Counted from the first letter of the stretch, positions 19,168 through 30,427 are shown. The stretch: DNA of 64,000 nt from an uncultured Verrucomicrobiae bacterium (GCA_963837955.1 CAWIPH010000002.1:1248001-1312000), one strand, 5' to 3'. Notes: generated by a model from the sequence alone, not told the origin. Numbers and translations are program-made.

Positions 19168-20766
19168 TTAGGCGAGCGTAGAGGTTTGTGTGCCGGCCAG
19201 CGCAGTCGCTATTTGAATTCCGTTTGGGCTTCCCAGTCCAGTCGTTGCGTCCCAGCCCGGACCGGCAGAAAACGCCCCGTTGTTCCCAGAGGTAATATCG
19301 CGAAATGCCTGGGGATTCCGATAGAGGGCCGGGTGAACATACCCAGCGCGCGGCTTTCCTTGCTTAACCAGGAGCTCGTTGATCAAAGCGAATAAACCCG
19401 CATAGAGTGGTGCCACCGCACTGGTGCCACCCGTCACGTTCTGCGCTCCGTCGATAAGGACGTTGTACCCGGTCACGGGGTCCGCGTCGCCCGCAACATC
19501 GGGAATTCCTCGGCCACCGCTCTGGCCTTGCGGGGGAGGAACGTTTACTTGATTCTGGTAATCCGGCTTCGGGAAATAATCGCTGACGCCGCCTCCGGTA
19601 GCACCCAATCCTTGATTTTCCTCATTCCATACCGTCTCAGACGTAATCGAGGAATTACCCGACGCGGCTTGGAGGGTAGTTCCTCCGCACGCAATTGCGA
19701 ATGGACTGGAGGAGGGGAAGTCGACATGGTTTTTGCCATCAGTCTGGCCGTCAGAAGATCCGTTATCTCCCGATGCCACGAAGACGGTCTTTCCCATGGT
19801 ACCAGCCTCCTGAAAGGCTTGATTGAAGGCGGTGAGAGATTGAGCTGTGAAATTGGATTCTGCCTGGCCCCAGCTGATGGAGACCAAAGTGACATCAGCA
19901 TCATGAACAGCTGAGGTCACAGCGTCGATGAATCCTTGATCGCTGTTCGGCGCAAAAAACACTTTTTGCTTCGCTGCCGGGGCAATTGCTCCGGCCACTT
20001 CAATATCCAGCTCGACCTCGCCGTCAGCGCTGTTGGCATTACCGGTCGGACTGTTTTGACCACCATCTACGGATACCGCCGTAACTTGCGGAGCGGGATT
20101 GATGCCGAGCTGCCGGAAATAGGTATCGAGGTCCGTTTGCTGATAGCCGCCCCCCAATTCAATAATGCCGATCGTTTCTCCTTGGCCGGTCGCAGATGTC
20201 GGAAAATTGTACAAGCGCGCGATATCCGGCGGGTTAAACGATTGCTGAGCGACAGCAGCCGCAGGTAGCGAACGAAAGTGGGTAGCTGCTTGTGGCCGGT
20301 TATCCAATCCAAACACGCCAGTGACAATGCCTTGCAGTTCCGATGGTAAATACACCGCACCCTGGCGTAGACGGTAGGTAGAACCCTGATGAAGATAATC
20401 ATGCAGCTGGACGCCAAATGCGGATTCCATGGCGGAAACGGGTCCCGATAGTTGTATGCTCCGGCGGGCCAGATTTGTTTCGACTACCTGTAACCCATGT
20501 TTCTGGGCGAAGCTTCCGACCCGCTCCAGATCAGCTGGATCCGCTCCATAACGCTCAGCAAACTGGTTTGGTGTAAGCTGTTCCCGGGATTGTGACTGGG
20601 AGAGCTCTCGAAATCTCTGTTGAAGTTCATCTTGGTTTCGCGCCCGCAAATAGAGAGTCACGCTGATCACGGCTTCGGGCGAGCAAGGGCCGACGAACTG
20701 AGCGTCCTGCGGAAGAATCCGTTCAGAACCGGGCAAGGGAGAAGAATCAGAATGGTTTTGCGGCAT
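19168..20766 (-). CDS. S53 (sedolisin/kumamolisin) peptidase
   Basis: Pro-domain, EVELDIE, ASGDNGS, GGTSAVAP, GWDATTGLGSPNG. Confidence 0.95.
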   Translation of the reverse strand: MPQNHSDSSPLPGSERILPQDAQFVGPCSPEAVISVTLYLRARNQDELQQRFRELSQSQSREQLTPNQFAERYGADPADLERVGSFAQKHGLQVVETNLARRSIQLSGPVSAMESAFGVQLHDYLHQGSTYRLRQGAVYLPSELQGIVTGVFGLDNRPQAATHFRSLPAAAVAQQSFNPPDIARLYNFPTSATGQGETIGIIELGGGYQQTDLDTYFRQLGINPAPQVTAVSVDGGQNSPTGNANSADGEVELDIEVAGAIAPAAKQKVFFAPNSDQGFIDAVTSAVHDADVTLVSISWGQAESNFTAQSLTAFNQAFQEAGTMGKTVFVASGDNGSSDGQTDGKNHVDFPSSSPFAIACGGTTLQAASGNSSITSETVWNEENQGLGATGGGVSDYFPKPDYQNQVNVPPPQGQSGGRGIPDVAGDADPVTGYNVLIDGAQNVTGGTSAVAPLYAGLFALINELLVKQGKPRAGYVHPALYRNPQAFRDITSGNNGAFSAGPGWDATTGLGSPNGIQIATALAGTQTSTLA

Positions 20767-20933
20767 AATTACGGATGGGTTTCGTTCGGTGCAGTGTGAT
20801 CGAATTCACGGAGTGGTGAAGGAGAATTCATCCATGAGACGTGCCGTGACAATCGCGGCGTTGCTAATTTGTCGACCTCAGTGGATCGTGCAACCGCTGT
20901 CCGGAAGAACTACCAATCTAGGAGAAAGATTTC

Positions 20934-21311
20934 ATGCCGGCTCATGGCGTTTCCCAAATCAAGAGCAACCACTCCGCGGCCAATACCGCGACACGCTTCG
21001 TTGATCTGCTGAACACGAAAGGGATCAAGACCTTCGCCAGAATTGATCAGCGGGCGGAGGCTGAGAATGTCGGACTCACTTTGCGACCAACCGAGTTAAT
21101 CATCTTCGGAGACCCACGGGCTGGTACGCCGCTCATGGATGCCTATCCGTCGCTGGCATTGGATCTTCCTTTGAAGGCGCTTATTTTCGAAGATACGACC
21201 GGGGACGTCTGGATCTGCTTCAATAGTCCGGAATATTTGGCGGAGCGCCATGGACTGACGACGGTGCCTTTCCAAGCGATCGGCAAACTGTTCGAAGCGG
21301 CGGCCTCTTAG
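20934..21311 (+). CDS. DUF302 domain protein
   Basis: FARIDQ, LIIFGDPRAGTPLM, LDLPLKAL. Confidence 0.88.
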   Translation: MPAHGVSQIKSNHSAANTATRFVDLLNTKGIKTFARIDQRAEAENVGLTLRPTELIIFGDPRAGTPLMDAYPSLALDLPLKALIFEDTTGDVWICFNSPEYLAERHGLTTVPFQAIGKLFEAAAS

Positions 21312-21361
21312 GTTGATGCCAGAATAAAGAATCTGCAATCTGGCGCCTTTTGGCGCTCTGT

Positions 21362-21928
21362 CTACTCCGGAGGTCGTGCACGCGGTTCGCGATCTTTGGT
21401 CCCCGCGTCGGTTGGTGCGGTCACGAATGGACCACCTGCCAGCGGAGCAACCGCGCTGAAAGCGACGTCCGGCATCTCGCTCGGTTTACCTTCCAACGGG
21501 AAATCTTTGCGTAGGGGAAAGTAGGGGTAACCGTCCCACATCAGAATCCGGCGAAGATCGGGGTGATTTGTGAACCGGATTCCCATCATGTCGAATATTT
21601 CCCGTTCGTGCCAATTCGCACCTTCCCACAAGTGCGACAAGGTCGGCGCTTCCAGACTGTCTTCGGAAACCTTTGTTTTCAGCCGAAGATGAATGTTCTG
21701 CTCTAGGGAATAAAGCTCGTAGACAATCTCAAATCGCGGTTCTTCACCGAAATGATCTACGCTGCTGATATCGATCAAAAAGTTGAAGCCGAGTTCGTCC
21801 CGACAGGTTCGGCAAACCGATTCGACATTCTCGAGTGCCACTTGCACGGAGATCTCGTCGCGGAATTCCGTCTGTGGCAAATTCGGGAAACGTTTTCTAA
21901 TTATTTCCGAAAGTTCCGCGGTGGTCAT
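21362..21928 (-). CDS. nuoC: NADH-quinone oxidoreductase subunit C
   Basis: [31 protein letters not shown]. Confidence 0.95.
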   Translation of the reverse strand: MTTAELSEIIRKRFPNLPQTEFRDEISVQVALENVESVCRTCRDELGFNFLIDISSVDHFGEEPRFEIVYELYSLEQNIHLRLKTKVSEDSLEAPTLSHLWEGANWHEREIFDMMGIRFTNHPDLRRILMWDGYPYFPLRKDFPLEGKPSEMPDVAFSAVAPLAGGPFVTAPTDAGTKDREPRARPPE

Positions 21929-22449
21929 GAAACGGCCTCGAACAATGCACGTTTTTGATCACCGATGGCATGCTCATGCATGATCTTGCCCTGTAGCTTC
22001 ATCAATCCTTCCAACAACGCTTCTGGGCGCGGTGGGCATCCGCTGACGTAGACATCCACGGGAAGAAGATGGTCGATACCTTGCAGGACGGCATAACTCC
22101 GGTACATCCCGCCGGAGGAAGCACAGGCTCCCATGGCGATAACCCACTTTGGTTCCGGCATTTGGTCATAAATGCGCTTTACCGCTAAGGCCATTTTGTA
22201 AGTCACGGTCCCGGCAACAATCATTACGTCGGATTGTCGCGGGGAGAAACGCATTACCTCGGCTCCGAACCGAGCAATGTCGAACCGGGAGGCGCCTGCC
22301 GCCATCAGTTCGATCGCGCAACAGGCGAGGCCCATAGGCATTGGCCAGAGCGAATTCTTGCGCATCCAATTGATGCAAGCGTCAAGGCGCGAAAAGATGA
22401 TGTTGCCTTCCACTTTTGAGTCGTACGCTGCCGGAGCGATCGTGGCCAT
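21925..22449 (-). CDS. nuoB: NADH-quinone oxidoreductase subunit B
   Basis: [30 protein letters not shown]. Confidence 0.97.
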   Translation of the reverse strand: MATIAPAAYDSKVEGNIIFSRLDACINWMRKNSLWPMPMGLACCAIELMAAGASRFDIARFGAEVMRFSPRQSDVMIVAGTVTYKMALAVKRIYDQMPEPKWVIAMGACASSGGMYRSYAVLQGIDHLLPVDVYVSGCPPRPEALLEGLMKLQGKIMHEHAIGDQKRALFEAVS

Positions 22450-22520
22450 GATTGGGAGCTTAAGATGTGCGATCCGGGGAGCAAGTGAAATGTTTCACAA
22501 AGGGTCTGAGGGGGCTGGGA

Positions 22521-22959
22521 AACGCCGAGAACGCCGACAACGCCGACAACGCCGGGAACGCCGGGAACGCCGGGAACGCCGGGAACGCCGAGCGGCGAAG
22601 CCCTAGGGTCAGCCCAGGTGGTCACGCACTAAAGGTGTGTTTCAATCTAGTGGCTTCCGATTCTTGGTCGAAAAGTTTTAAGAACCAAATATTTGCCAGC
22701 GATTGCGCTACGCGATCTGAACAACATATATAAACGTTCTCGCCACGCGCCTTCAGCGCGCTGATTGCTTTTTTTTTATTCCTAGGCCTTCACGCTCTAG
22801 GCTTTCTTGAGTCGCGGCTTCGCCGCTCGACGCTGCCAGCGTTCTCGCCGTTCCGGCGTTCCCGGCGATCCCGGCGTTGTCGGCGTTGTCGGCGTTGTCG
22901 GCGTTGTCGGCGATCCCGGCGATCCCGGCGTTCCCGGCGTTCCCGGCGTTCCCGGCGTT
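22521..22959. repeat. Inverted 9-mer microsatellite arrays enclosing a REPIN-like element
   Basis: 8x AACGCCGRS (22521-22592); ~14x reverse-complement units (22835-22959); inner element GAGCGGCGAAGCC...GGCTTCGCCGCTC (22590-22828). Confidence 0.92.
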
Positions 22960-23073
22960 CTCCAACTTCGCTCCGTCGTCTGAAACTCCGGCAGGCTTCG
23001 TCGGACAAGCCGGCGTTCCGGGCTTTATCCGCGTTGACGTGCGTTCCCGGCTGAAGAATAGTGCCGCTCTCGC

Positions 23074-24870
23074 ATGCCCAGGCGTCTTACTCGCAACTTT
23101 TGCATCATTGCTCACATCGATCACGGTAAGACCACGCTCTCCGACCGGTTGTTGGAATCGACCGGCACAATCGAAGAACGGGACAAGCAGGACCAGTTGC
23201 TCGATTCAATGGATCTCGAACGTGAACGTGGGATCACTATCAAGGCGCATCCGGTGGCGATGCAGTATCGGGCTAAAGATGAAAAAATCTACCTGCTGAA
23301 TCTTTTGGATACGCCGGGTCACGTTGATTTTTCGTATGAAGTCTCTCGAAGCCTTGCCGCCTGCGAAGGCGCCATTCTGGTGGTAGACGCTGCCCAGGGA
23401 GTGGAAGCGCAGACAGTAGCCAACGTTCACCTCGCGATGAAGCAGGGATTAACGATTATCCCCGTCATTAACAAGATCGACCTGCCAAACGCCGATATTC
23501 CCACCGTAAAGAGACAGCTCGAAGATATTCTGGCGATTCCAGCGGATGAAGCCATTCTCGCAAGCGCTAAGACGGGAATCGGCATCGACGAAATACTCGA
23601 GAGTATTGTCCACCGGATCCCTCCTCCCCCCGTGTTAGAGGACGAAAAATTGAGAGCACTGATTTTTGATTCTCTGTTCGATATCTATCGAGGCGTCGTC
23701 GCTTATACGCGGGTGTACTCCGGAAGCATCGTGGCTGGTCAGTCGGTGAAGTTGATGAGTACGTCCAAGAGCTACGAAATCAAAGAGGTGGGGATCTTCA
23801 CTCCGAAGCCTTTTGCCCGAAAGGAATTGAGGGCGGGCGACGTCGGTTATTTCATCGCGAACATCAAATCGACCACTGAAATAAAGATTGGTGATACGTT
23901 GACCGATCAACGCAACCCGTCGCGCGAGCCGCTGCCCGGATTTCAGGAAATTCATCCGATGGTCTTCAGCGGGATTTATCCAATCAACACTGCCGATTTT
24001 GAGCATCTCAAAACAGCGATGGGCAAACTCCAGATTAATGACTCTGCATTTGTCTACCAGGCGGAGAATTCCATCGCTCTCGGTTATGGCTTTCGCTGCG
24101 GATTCCTTGGTTTGTTGCACATGGAGATTGTGCAAGAGCGGCTGCGTCGGGAGTTCGACATGGACATCATCGCGACCTATCCAAGTGTTGTCTACGAGGT
24201 GGTGAAGACAAACGGCGAGAAATTGGAAGTCGATAACCCGGCCTACTTACCTGATCCCAGCGTCATCGACGAGGTGCGCGAGCCAATCGTAAAATGTTTC
24301 GTCATGTGTCCCAACGAAAATATCGGGGATATGATGCAGCTAATTTTGGAAAAACGAGGCGAAGTCGAGCATACGGAGTCTTTGGACACTCGTCGGGTAA
24401 TGCTAACAGGGACTATGCCGCTCAATGAGATTCTCGTCGATTTTAACGACAGGATTAAGTCGCTGACTCACGGCTACGGATCCATGGACTATGAATATGC
24501 CGGTTATCGGCCGGCTGATCTGGTGAAGCTTGATATGCTGGTAAACGGGGAACCGGTGGACGCGTTCTCCAGCATTGTCCATCGGGACAAAGCGGAAACG
24601 CGGGGGCGCTCGTTGGCAGCGAAGCTGAAGGAGGTTATTCCGCAGCAGCTTTTTCAAGTTTCGATCCAGGCGGCTATCGGCGGGAAAGTAGTCGCCCGGG
24701 AAAATGTGTCTGCGCTTCGGAAGAATGTGACTGCGAAATGTTACGGCGGTGATATCACGCGAAAGCGAAAGTTGCTGGAGAAGCAAAAGGAAGGAAAGAA
24801 GCGGATGAAAGCGATCGGCAAAGTCAATATTCCGCAAGAAGCTTTTATCGAAGTACTGAAAACCAACTGA
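23074..24870 (+). CDS. lepA: Elongation factor 4
   Basis: [43 protein letters not shown]. Confidence 0.98.
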   Translation: MPRRLTRNFCIIAHIDHGKTTLSDRLLESTGTIEERDKQDQLLDSMDLERERGITIKAHPVAMQYRAKDEKIYLLNLLDTPGHVDFSYEVSRSLAACEGAILVVDAAQGVEAQTVANVHLAMKQGLTIIPVINKIDLPNADIPTVKRQLEDILAIPADEAILASAKTGIGIDEILESIVHRIPPPPVLEDEKLRALIFDSLFDIYRGVVAYTRVYSGSIVAGQSVKLMSTSKSYEIKEVGIFTPKPFARKELRAGDVGYFIANIKSTTEIKIGDTLTDQRNPSREPLPGFQEIHPMVFSGIYPINTADFEHLKTAMGKLQINDSAFVYQAENSIALGYGFRCGFLGLLHMEIVQERLRREFDMDIIATYPSVVYEVVKTNGEKLEVDNPAYLPDPSVIDEVREPIVKCFVMCPNENIGDMMQLILEKRGEVEHTESLDTRRVMLTGTMPLNEILVDFNDRIKSLTHGYGSMDYEYAGYRPADLVKLDMLVNGEPVDAFSSIVHRDKAETRGRSLAAKLKEVIPQQLFQVSIQAAIGGKVVARENVSALRKNVTAKCYGGDITRKRKLLEKQKEGKKRMKAIGKVNIPQEAFIEVLKTN

Positions 24871-24874
24871 CGTC

Positions 24875-25999
24875 GTGTTTACTCCGCAACACATTACCCA
24901 TGGCAATGCGCTGGCCAAGGCGGCGCAACGACTCATAAACTATCGGAAAGATATAGCGTCATCGGAGCTCATAGAGGCAGTGCGAACCGATTTGACTCAG
25001 CTTAAGACGGCGCTGAAGGCTCGCTCCAAAACAGAGGTTGAGCCGGCGGTGAAGACGCTCGAGACGTCGCTGCATCGGCTGGATCCGCCGCACCCGAACA
25101 TGGCCATTCGGGACTATGTCGAGTTGGTGCTGGTGGTTGTGGCGATTGCTATCGGGTTACGCACTTACTATCTCCAGCCGTTCAAAATCCCGACCGGCTC
25201 AATGCAGCCAACGTTGAACGGGATAATCGCGAAGAAAATAGATACTCCTCCGCCGAATCCGCTTGTCCGCGCTTTTCAATTTCTGACGCTCGGTCGTTCA
25301 TATGAAGATATTACGGCTTCGGAAGAGAGCGAGACCGTGAGCTCGATCCAACCCTACAAAGTGAAATATTTTTGGGATGGCTCCTTGATAACCACTCACT
25401 CTCCTAATTCAGCTGTGCATAACTATGTCGTCGGAATGGCGCCGGAGGTATTGGAGCGCCAGCTCGAGGTTTATCCGGGTGCTACTTTTCGACGCGGTCA
25501 GCCGATTGTACGGGCTTACGCAGACCTGGGAGACCAGGTGTTTGTTGACAAAGTCTCCTATAACTTTTCCCAGCCAAAACGGGGAGACATCTTCGTATTC
25601 AAAACCAACCAAATCATTGGAATCGCGCAGGCGCCTGATGGGTCGAGTCAGCATTACATAAAACGTTTGGCTGGACTGCCTCGGGACATTCTCCAGATCA
25701 AAGAGCCGTACTTGTTCATTAACGGCAAACTGGCGCATCGCTTTGCCTTTAGACGAGTAATGTCGAGGCAGAATGGATACACTGGATATACCAACGATCA
25801 TTCTGGAGGGAACATGATCTATTTGGGCGATCCCGCATCGACCGTGCGAGTTGAGCCACACACTTTTTTCGCTTTGGGAGATAACAGTGCCAATAGTTTG
25901 GACAGTCGATACTGGGGATTTGTGCCAGAAAAGAATGTCGTCGGACGGGGCCTTTTCATTTATTGGCCGTTTACCAGCCATTGGGGTTTTGCCCAGTAA
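24875..25999 (+). CDS. lepB: Signal peptidase I
   Basis: PFKIPTGSMQPTL, YIKRL, GDNSANSLDSRYWGFVP; follows lepA. Confidence 0.95.
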   Translation: MFTPQHITHGNALAKAAQRLINYRKDIASSELIEAVRTDLTQLKTALKARSKTEVEPAVKTLETSLHRLDPPHPNMAIRDYVELVLVVVAIAIGLRTYYLQPFKIPTGSMQPTLNGIIAKKIDTPPPNPLVRAFQFLTLGRSYEDITASEESETVSSIQPYKVKYFWDGSLITTHSPNSAVHNYVVGMAPEVLERQLEVYPGATFRRGQPIVRAYADLGDQVFVDKVSYNFSQPKRGDIFVFKTNQIIGIAQAPDGSSQHYIKRLAGLPRDILQIKEPYLFINGKLAHRFAFRRVMSRQNGYTGYTNDHSGGNMIYLGDPASTVRVEPHTFFALGDNSANSLDSRYWGFVPEKNVVGRGLFIYWPFTSHWGFAQ

Positions 26000-26190
26000 T
26001 CTGTCAAAATTGATGATGCGGTCCTGACGTCGGCAGCAGGTCCGCTCCGCCATCGGAGTTGCCCTCGCAGATTTGAGTGAAATCCACCGGTGCAGTGCCG
26101 GGGTTCTGCTGCTAAGCAGATTATTGTTCCATTTTCGGCTTTATTCCGGCCGGTGTTTCAGCGAGAAAAACAACCCAACCTGGCTGGCCT

Positions 26191-26970
26191 ATGGATTTGG
26201 AGGAAATACTGATTGATCTTGCTCATCAGTTGTACGGTCGCTCTGACCGGCTGGTGATCTATGATGAAGGTTTGGTAGCCGCGAAACTGGACCGTCACAT
26301 CATAGTAAGTCGTCCCGGAGCACGGTTGGGCAGTCTGGAATTTGGTGACCTTATTCATATCGATCCGGGTCCTCTGCTTGAATTGTTGAAGGTGGATCAA
26401 CTTAAACGACAGGCGGAGGAGGAGACGCTCACTGGTTCTCGCGTTCGTGATGATTTTCCCATTCCCGGTCCGGAAACATATTTCGTAGCAGATCTCCTCG
26501 CCCGGTCGGAAAGCCATCTATTGGCGCACGTTCAGCCGATCTTGGTCAATCAAATCTTGGCTTCGCCGCGGGCCCGCCAGTTTGCAGATCGACGCATCAC
26601 TTTGACGGAGGTATTCGGATGTGGAGTTGCGACGGCGATGGCCGGCTACGCCGATCCTGGCGCGGTTCTGGCGAAGGAAATTCGTCACAAGGTAAATCTT
26701 TGGAGAGATCGCGCTCGGGTGGAACCCAAAATAGTGCTTCTGCAAAACAACGGAATGGTGGTCATCGGCGACACGCCCGCTGAAATCATTGAGACCATTG
26801 ATAAGATTCTGAAGGCAGCTGAGGTATTTATTGGTGCTAGCGTGTTAGGCGGTCCTCAATTCCTCACGGTTGCAAATATCGGGCGCGTCCTGGAATACCG
26901 GAAGCTCATTGGAACGAGCAAAGAGCCTACTGGCGTTCAAAATCTAGCCGGTGAGCTTAGTAGTACCTGA
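26191..26970 (+). CDS. Class II aldolase/adducin-like protein with degenerate metal ligands
   Basis: Fold-typical segments (VNQILAS, YADPG..LA..I, PKIVLLQNNG) but HVQP and QNNG where HTHP and QNHG are usual. Confidence 0.7.
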   Translation: MDLEEILIDLAHQLYGRSDRLVIYDEGLVAAKLDRHIIVSRPGARLGSLEFGDLIHIDPGPLLELLKVDQLKRQAEEETLTGSRVRDDFPIPGPETYFVADLLARSESHLLAHVQPILVNQILASPRARQFADRRITLTEVFGCGVATAMAGYADPGAVLAKEIRHKVNLWRDRARVEPKIVLLQNNGMVVIGDTPAEIIETIDKILKAAEVFIGASVLGGPQFLTVANIGRVLEYRKLIGTSKEPTGVQNLAGELSST

Positions 26971-28162
26971 GGCGATTGGAAACGACTGGGTTAGATGGTT
27001 CGGCGAGATAGGCGTCGGAATCCTAGCCTACGCCTTTGTTGTCTTCGGCAATCCGGCCCTGCCGTTCTTTCGGGATGGGCTTCGAGTGCTGAAACGTTAT
27101 CCCCGCATCTGGCTATGGCTGGCCGGTATGAGCTTCGCGTATTGGTTTTTCCAGTTGGCCCAAGCGTGGGCACTCGGAGAGGTGAAATTCTCGCTTTATG
27201 ATCTCGTCTACTGGCCTGCACCACGAGCCTGGAATTGGGCGCAAGCCGCCAGCCGCGCTTGGTTACCTGCCTTGGAATTGCTGGCCGGGCTATTCAATCA
27301 AATCGTGGTCAGTTTTCCACTTTCCGCGATCGCGGCGCTCTTGTTTTTACTCAACTGGGGCAACTCCCATTTCGCATTGATCCAGGAGATGCGATCTCGA
27401 TTGGGACGGTGGTGGATCGTGGTCTATGGCGGATTAGTGATCTGCGCGTTTGGAGCGCTAGTGAAGCCTATCTTCGGACTTGGGATTCGCTGGCTTAACC
27501 AATTTTTTGACGGGATTTTTCTACTTCGGCTCGGAGCAGTTCTCGATTCGCTATCGTTTGCGTTCGAGTACCTGTTCGGCTTGGTCATCCAAGTTTACCT
27601 GATCTTGCTGGCCTTCGTTTGGATCCGAGGTATCAACTCGCCGCCGGAACGCGTCTTTATCTTTGCGCTCAGGCGGATGGCGCACTTGGTGAAATGGGCA
27701 GGCCTGATTCTGCTCGTTAGTTCGTTGGGTATCCATCTGCCGCTTTTGGCGAGCTACCTATGGATCGGGCAGTTTACCGATTTCACGAGTGCAGCTGTCC
27801 AATACGTCGAACAGACTGCGCGGCCATTGATTGCCATAGGCCTAATCTTTTTCTGTTCTGTACAGATCTCGCTCGTGCTGCACAACGAGTCGTTTCGCCA
27901 GGCGATTTCCGAACATGCAGCCTTTATGCGCCAATATTGGTACCGAGTGCTTTGGTTTCTTATTGTCGCGGGAATGCATCTCTTTTTGGTCTGCTGGCTC
28001 GGAGCAGGCTGGCTGGGCGGTTACAAAGGCGGATCTGTTCCTTATTTGCTTGGATTGTTTCTGATCAGCGGGCTCAAATCCATTTGTGCCGCTTGGCTTC
28101 TGGCTGCCTGGGTTTGCCTTTACCGAAGTGCGGGGAGGCAACGGCAAGAGATCCGCTTTTAA
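26951..28162 (+). CDS. Hypothetical polytopic membrane protein
   Basis: About 9-10 hydrophobic segments; overlaps upstream gene. Confidence 0.75.
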   Translation: MSLVVPEAIGNDWVRWFGEIGVGILAYAFVVFGNPALPFFRDGLRVLKRYPRIWLWLAGMSFAYWFFQLAQAWALGEVKFSLYDLVYWPAPRAWNWAQAASRAWLPALELLAGLFNQIVVSFPLSAIAALLFLLNWGNSHFALIQEMRSRLGRWWIVVYGGLVICAFGALVKPIFGLGIRWLNQFFDGIFLLRLGAVLDSLSFAFEYLFGLVIQVYLILLAFVWIRGINSPPERVFIFALRRMAHLVKWAGLILLVSSLGIHLPLLASYLWIGQFTDFTSAAVQYVEQTARPLIAIGLIFFCSVQISLVLHNESFRQAISEHAAFMRQYWYRVLWFLIVAGMHLFLVCWLGAGWLGGYKGGSVPYLLGLFLISGLKSICAAWLLAAWVCLYRSAGRQRQEIRF

Positions 28163-28292
28163 TTGGGAAGGAAGCAGCGCGATTGGACGGCAGCCGAACT
28201 GCGCCTGCTCGAAATGAAATAGCCAATCGCTAATATTTGTTATTGGCTATTTGCTGTTGATCATTTCTTTGTTGATCAACTGGCGAGATCTT

Positions 28293-28991
28293 ATGGCGGA
28301 AGAGCTCTTAGCGGCATTGGGAATCATCACCCGAAGATCGGACGAAGCCGACTTTGGTGGTCTTGAATTTACCTACCGATTTCAGAAATCTCGATTCTAC
28401 GAGCTGGTCGGACCTGAGCAGGGTGGAAAACATCTGGCCCTACAGCTTCTCGGCCTCAGGTTGGAGCCGGCCAGCGGGGAAATCCAGCTAGATGGTCAAA
28501 AGGTGACCGGCTTGGGGAGTGAGGTTCTAAGCGAAATTCGGAATCAAAAATTTGGGTTCCTGTTTGCCGCGCCCTTTCTTTTGCCCTCATTTAGCGTTCT
28601 GGAGAACGTCGCAATGCCGCTCTTCAAAATAGCTCAAGTAGACGCGAGAGAAGCCAAGCGAATTACCGAAGAGATTCTGGACCTGATTGGAATCATGTCG
28701 ATCGTCGAGATCAAGGCGGCGGAGTTGCCGCCTTTGGAGCAGACCTTGACGGCCCTCGCGCGGGCTATCGTGCATCACCCGCGGCTGTTAATCGTGGAGG
28801 AGCTAGGTCAAAATCTCGATGCCGGTTCAGCTGACTATTTGCAGCGGATTATTCGTCGAATTCCGGAACATCTTGGGATCGCGGTGATCGCGACACGCGC
28901 GTCCCACGTTCCAGCCCAGGTCGCCGATGTCGTGTTGGAATTCGATGGTGGAAGATTAAAAGAATCGGTGGAACAGAGTCGAGACGGATGA
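28293..28991 (+). CDS. LolD-like ABC ATP-binding protein with degenerate motifs
   Basis: IRNQKFGFLF..FLLPSFSVLENVAMPL; Walker A GPEQGGKH, Walker B LIVEE. Confidence 0.8.
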   Translation: MAEELLAALGIITRRSDEADFGGLEFTYRFQKSRFYELVGPEQGGKHLALQLLGLRLEPASGEIQLDGQKVTGLGSEVLSEIRNQKFGFLFAAPFLLPSFSVLENVAMPLFKIAQVDAREAKRITEEILDLIGIMSIVEIKAAELPPLEQTLTALARAIVHHPRLLIVEELGQNLDAGSADYLQRIIRRIPEHLGIAVIATRASHVPAQVADVVLEFDGGRLKESVEQSRDG

Positions 28992-29820
28992 GTTCAACCG
29001 CCCAAATTACCAAGAAAAGCCGTTCCAATCTTGCTTTCGCCTTTCTTACACTCCCCCCGAAAAAAGGCGCGATATCAGTACCTTCTATGCGTTTTGTCGA
29101 AAAGTTGACGATGCCGCGGACGACCCGGGAATTGCGCTCGAAAAGAGGAGGGCGTGGCTGCAGAATTGTCGAAAATGGCTTCGAATAAGAACTGCTGATG
29201 AGCCGCCATTTGCGGAAGAAGTGCGAGCACTGATCGCCAAATATCAGATCTCTCTTGGGTTGTTCGAGGACATCTTGAGCGGGGTAGAGTCTGACCTTGA
29301 GGCGGTTCGGTACCCGACCTTTGCCGGGCTTTCCGAGTATTGCTATCGCGTTGCCAGCGCAGTTGGCCTAGTAAGCATTGAGATTTTTGGCTATCGGAAT
29401 CCGCGTTGCCGCGACTATGCCTACCAACTCGGGATCGCTCTGCAACTCACGAACATTATCCGGGATGTAGAAAGCGACTTTCGAAACGGGCGTCGCATTT
29501 ATCTGCCGCTGGACGAAATGGCGCGGTTCGGATACTCCCCCGGGGCCTTGGAGCGACAGGAATACGATGAACGGTTCATTCAACTGATGGAATTTCAAGC
29601 AACCAGGGCGAAAGAGTATTTTGCGAAGGCGAGGGTGGCACTGCCTCGGGAGGATCGTGGCTCGATGGTGGCAGCAGAAGCAATGGGAACAATCTATTTC
29701 GCCTTATTGCGGAAGATGGAGAAAGACCGATTCAGGATGTTCTGGCGGAAGTACCGATTAAACCGGCTCGAGAAGCTTTTTTTCCTAGCGCGGCAATTTG
29801 TCTCGCCTTTTGCGCGGTGA
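28988..29820 (+). pseudogene. Squalene/phytoene synthase (HpnD-like), frameshifted near 29053-29065
   Basis: ITKKSRSNLAFAFLTLP in one frame; FYAFCRKVDDAADD, YCYRVASAVG, LQLTNIIRDV, GRRIYLP in the -1 frame; break at a C6-G-A6 run. Confidence 0.8.
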
Positions 29821-29885
29821 GTGGTTACTTGTGTCAAGCGGATTCGTCAAACAGCTTGGCGAATTTCTTAGAATAGGAGTCTGTC

Positions 29886-30182
29886 ATGAAAAAATTGGCT
29901 GCTGCCGCTTTAGCGGTGTTAGCGTTTTGTGGGCTCTTTGCCGCAGTTGCGTCTGCCCAAGTCGGCGCAAGTACTCCGATAGGTGCCTTTATCGTACACC
30001 TGATTGATAGGGAGATCATCTATTTGGAGCCACCGGCTAGGTATCCCTACGCTGAAAAAACCCACGATCCGTCGATCGTCATTAGTCCTTACTATCCGCA
30101 CAACCGTGTAGTCGTTCGCGGTATTCAGAGCGGCTATCTAGTAATGGATCCGTCGGTCGGCAAGGCGTTTATCCGACCTTAA
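29886..30182 (+). CDS. Small secreted hypothetical protein
   Basis: Signal peptide MKKLAAAALAVLAF..ASA; AGGAG upstream. Confidence 0.7.
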   Translation: MKKLAAAALAVLAFCGLFAAVASAQVGASTPIGAFIVHLIDREIIYLEPPARYPYAEKTHDPSIVISPYYPHNRVVVRGIQSGYLVMDPSVGKAFIRP

Positions 30183-30427
30183 CGATTCGAATAGGGCTGC
30201 GCGGAGCCTTTAGCGTCCGCGCAATAAAATTGGCACCGGACTCTACCCTCCGGCCGGTGGCAACTCGTTGTAGCGGTGACCATCCTCGATAGCGATCGGG
30301 CGCGGAATTGGTGTTCCAACTCCGAAGGGCGCTCCGGATGCTCCTTGGCCCGTCGGAAGCGACGCGCCTTCTGTCTTTACGATATCTCAACGCGCTTCGG
30401 TGGGATCAACCCGGTGTTCGCCATGGT

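Noticed and set aside
22277..23299. Low-complexity ORFs (NAG/RRE/PAF repeats)
   Set aside because: Translations of the 9-mer arrays in several frames and on both strands; no coding evidence
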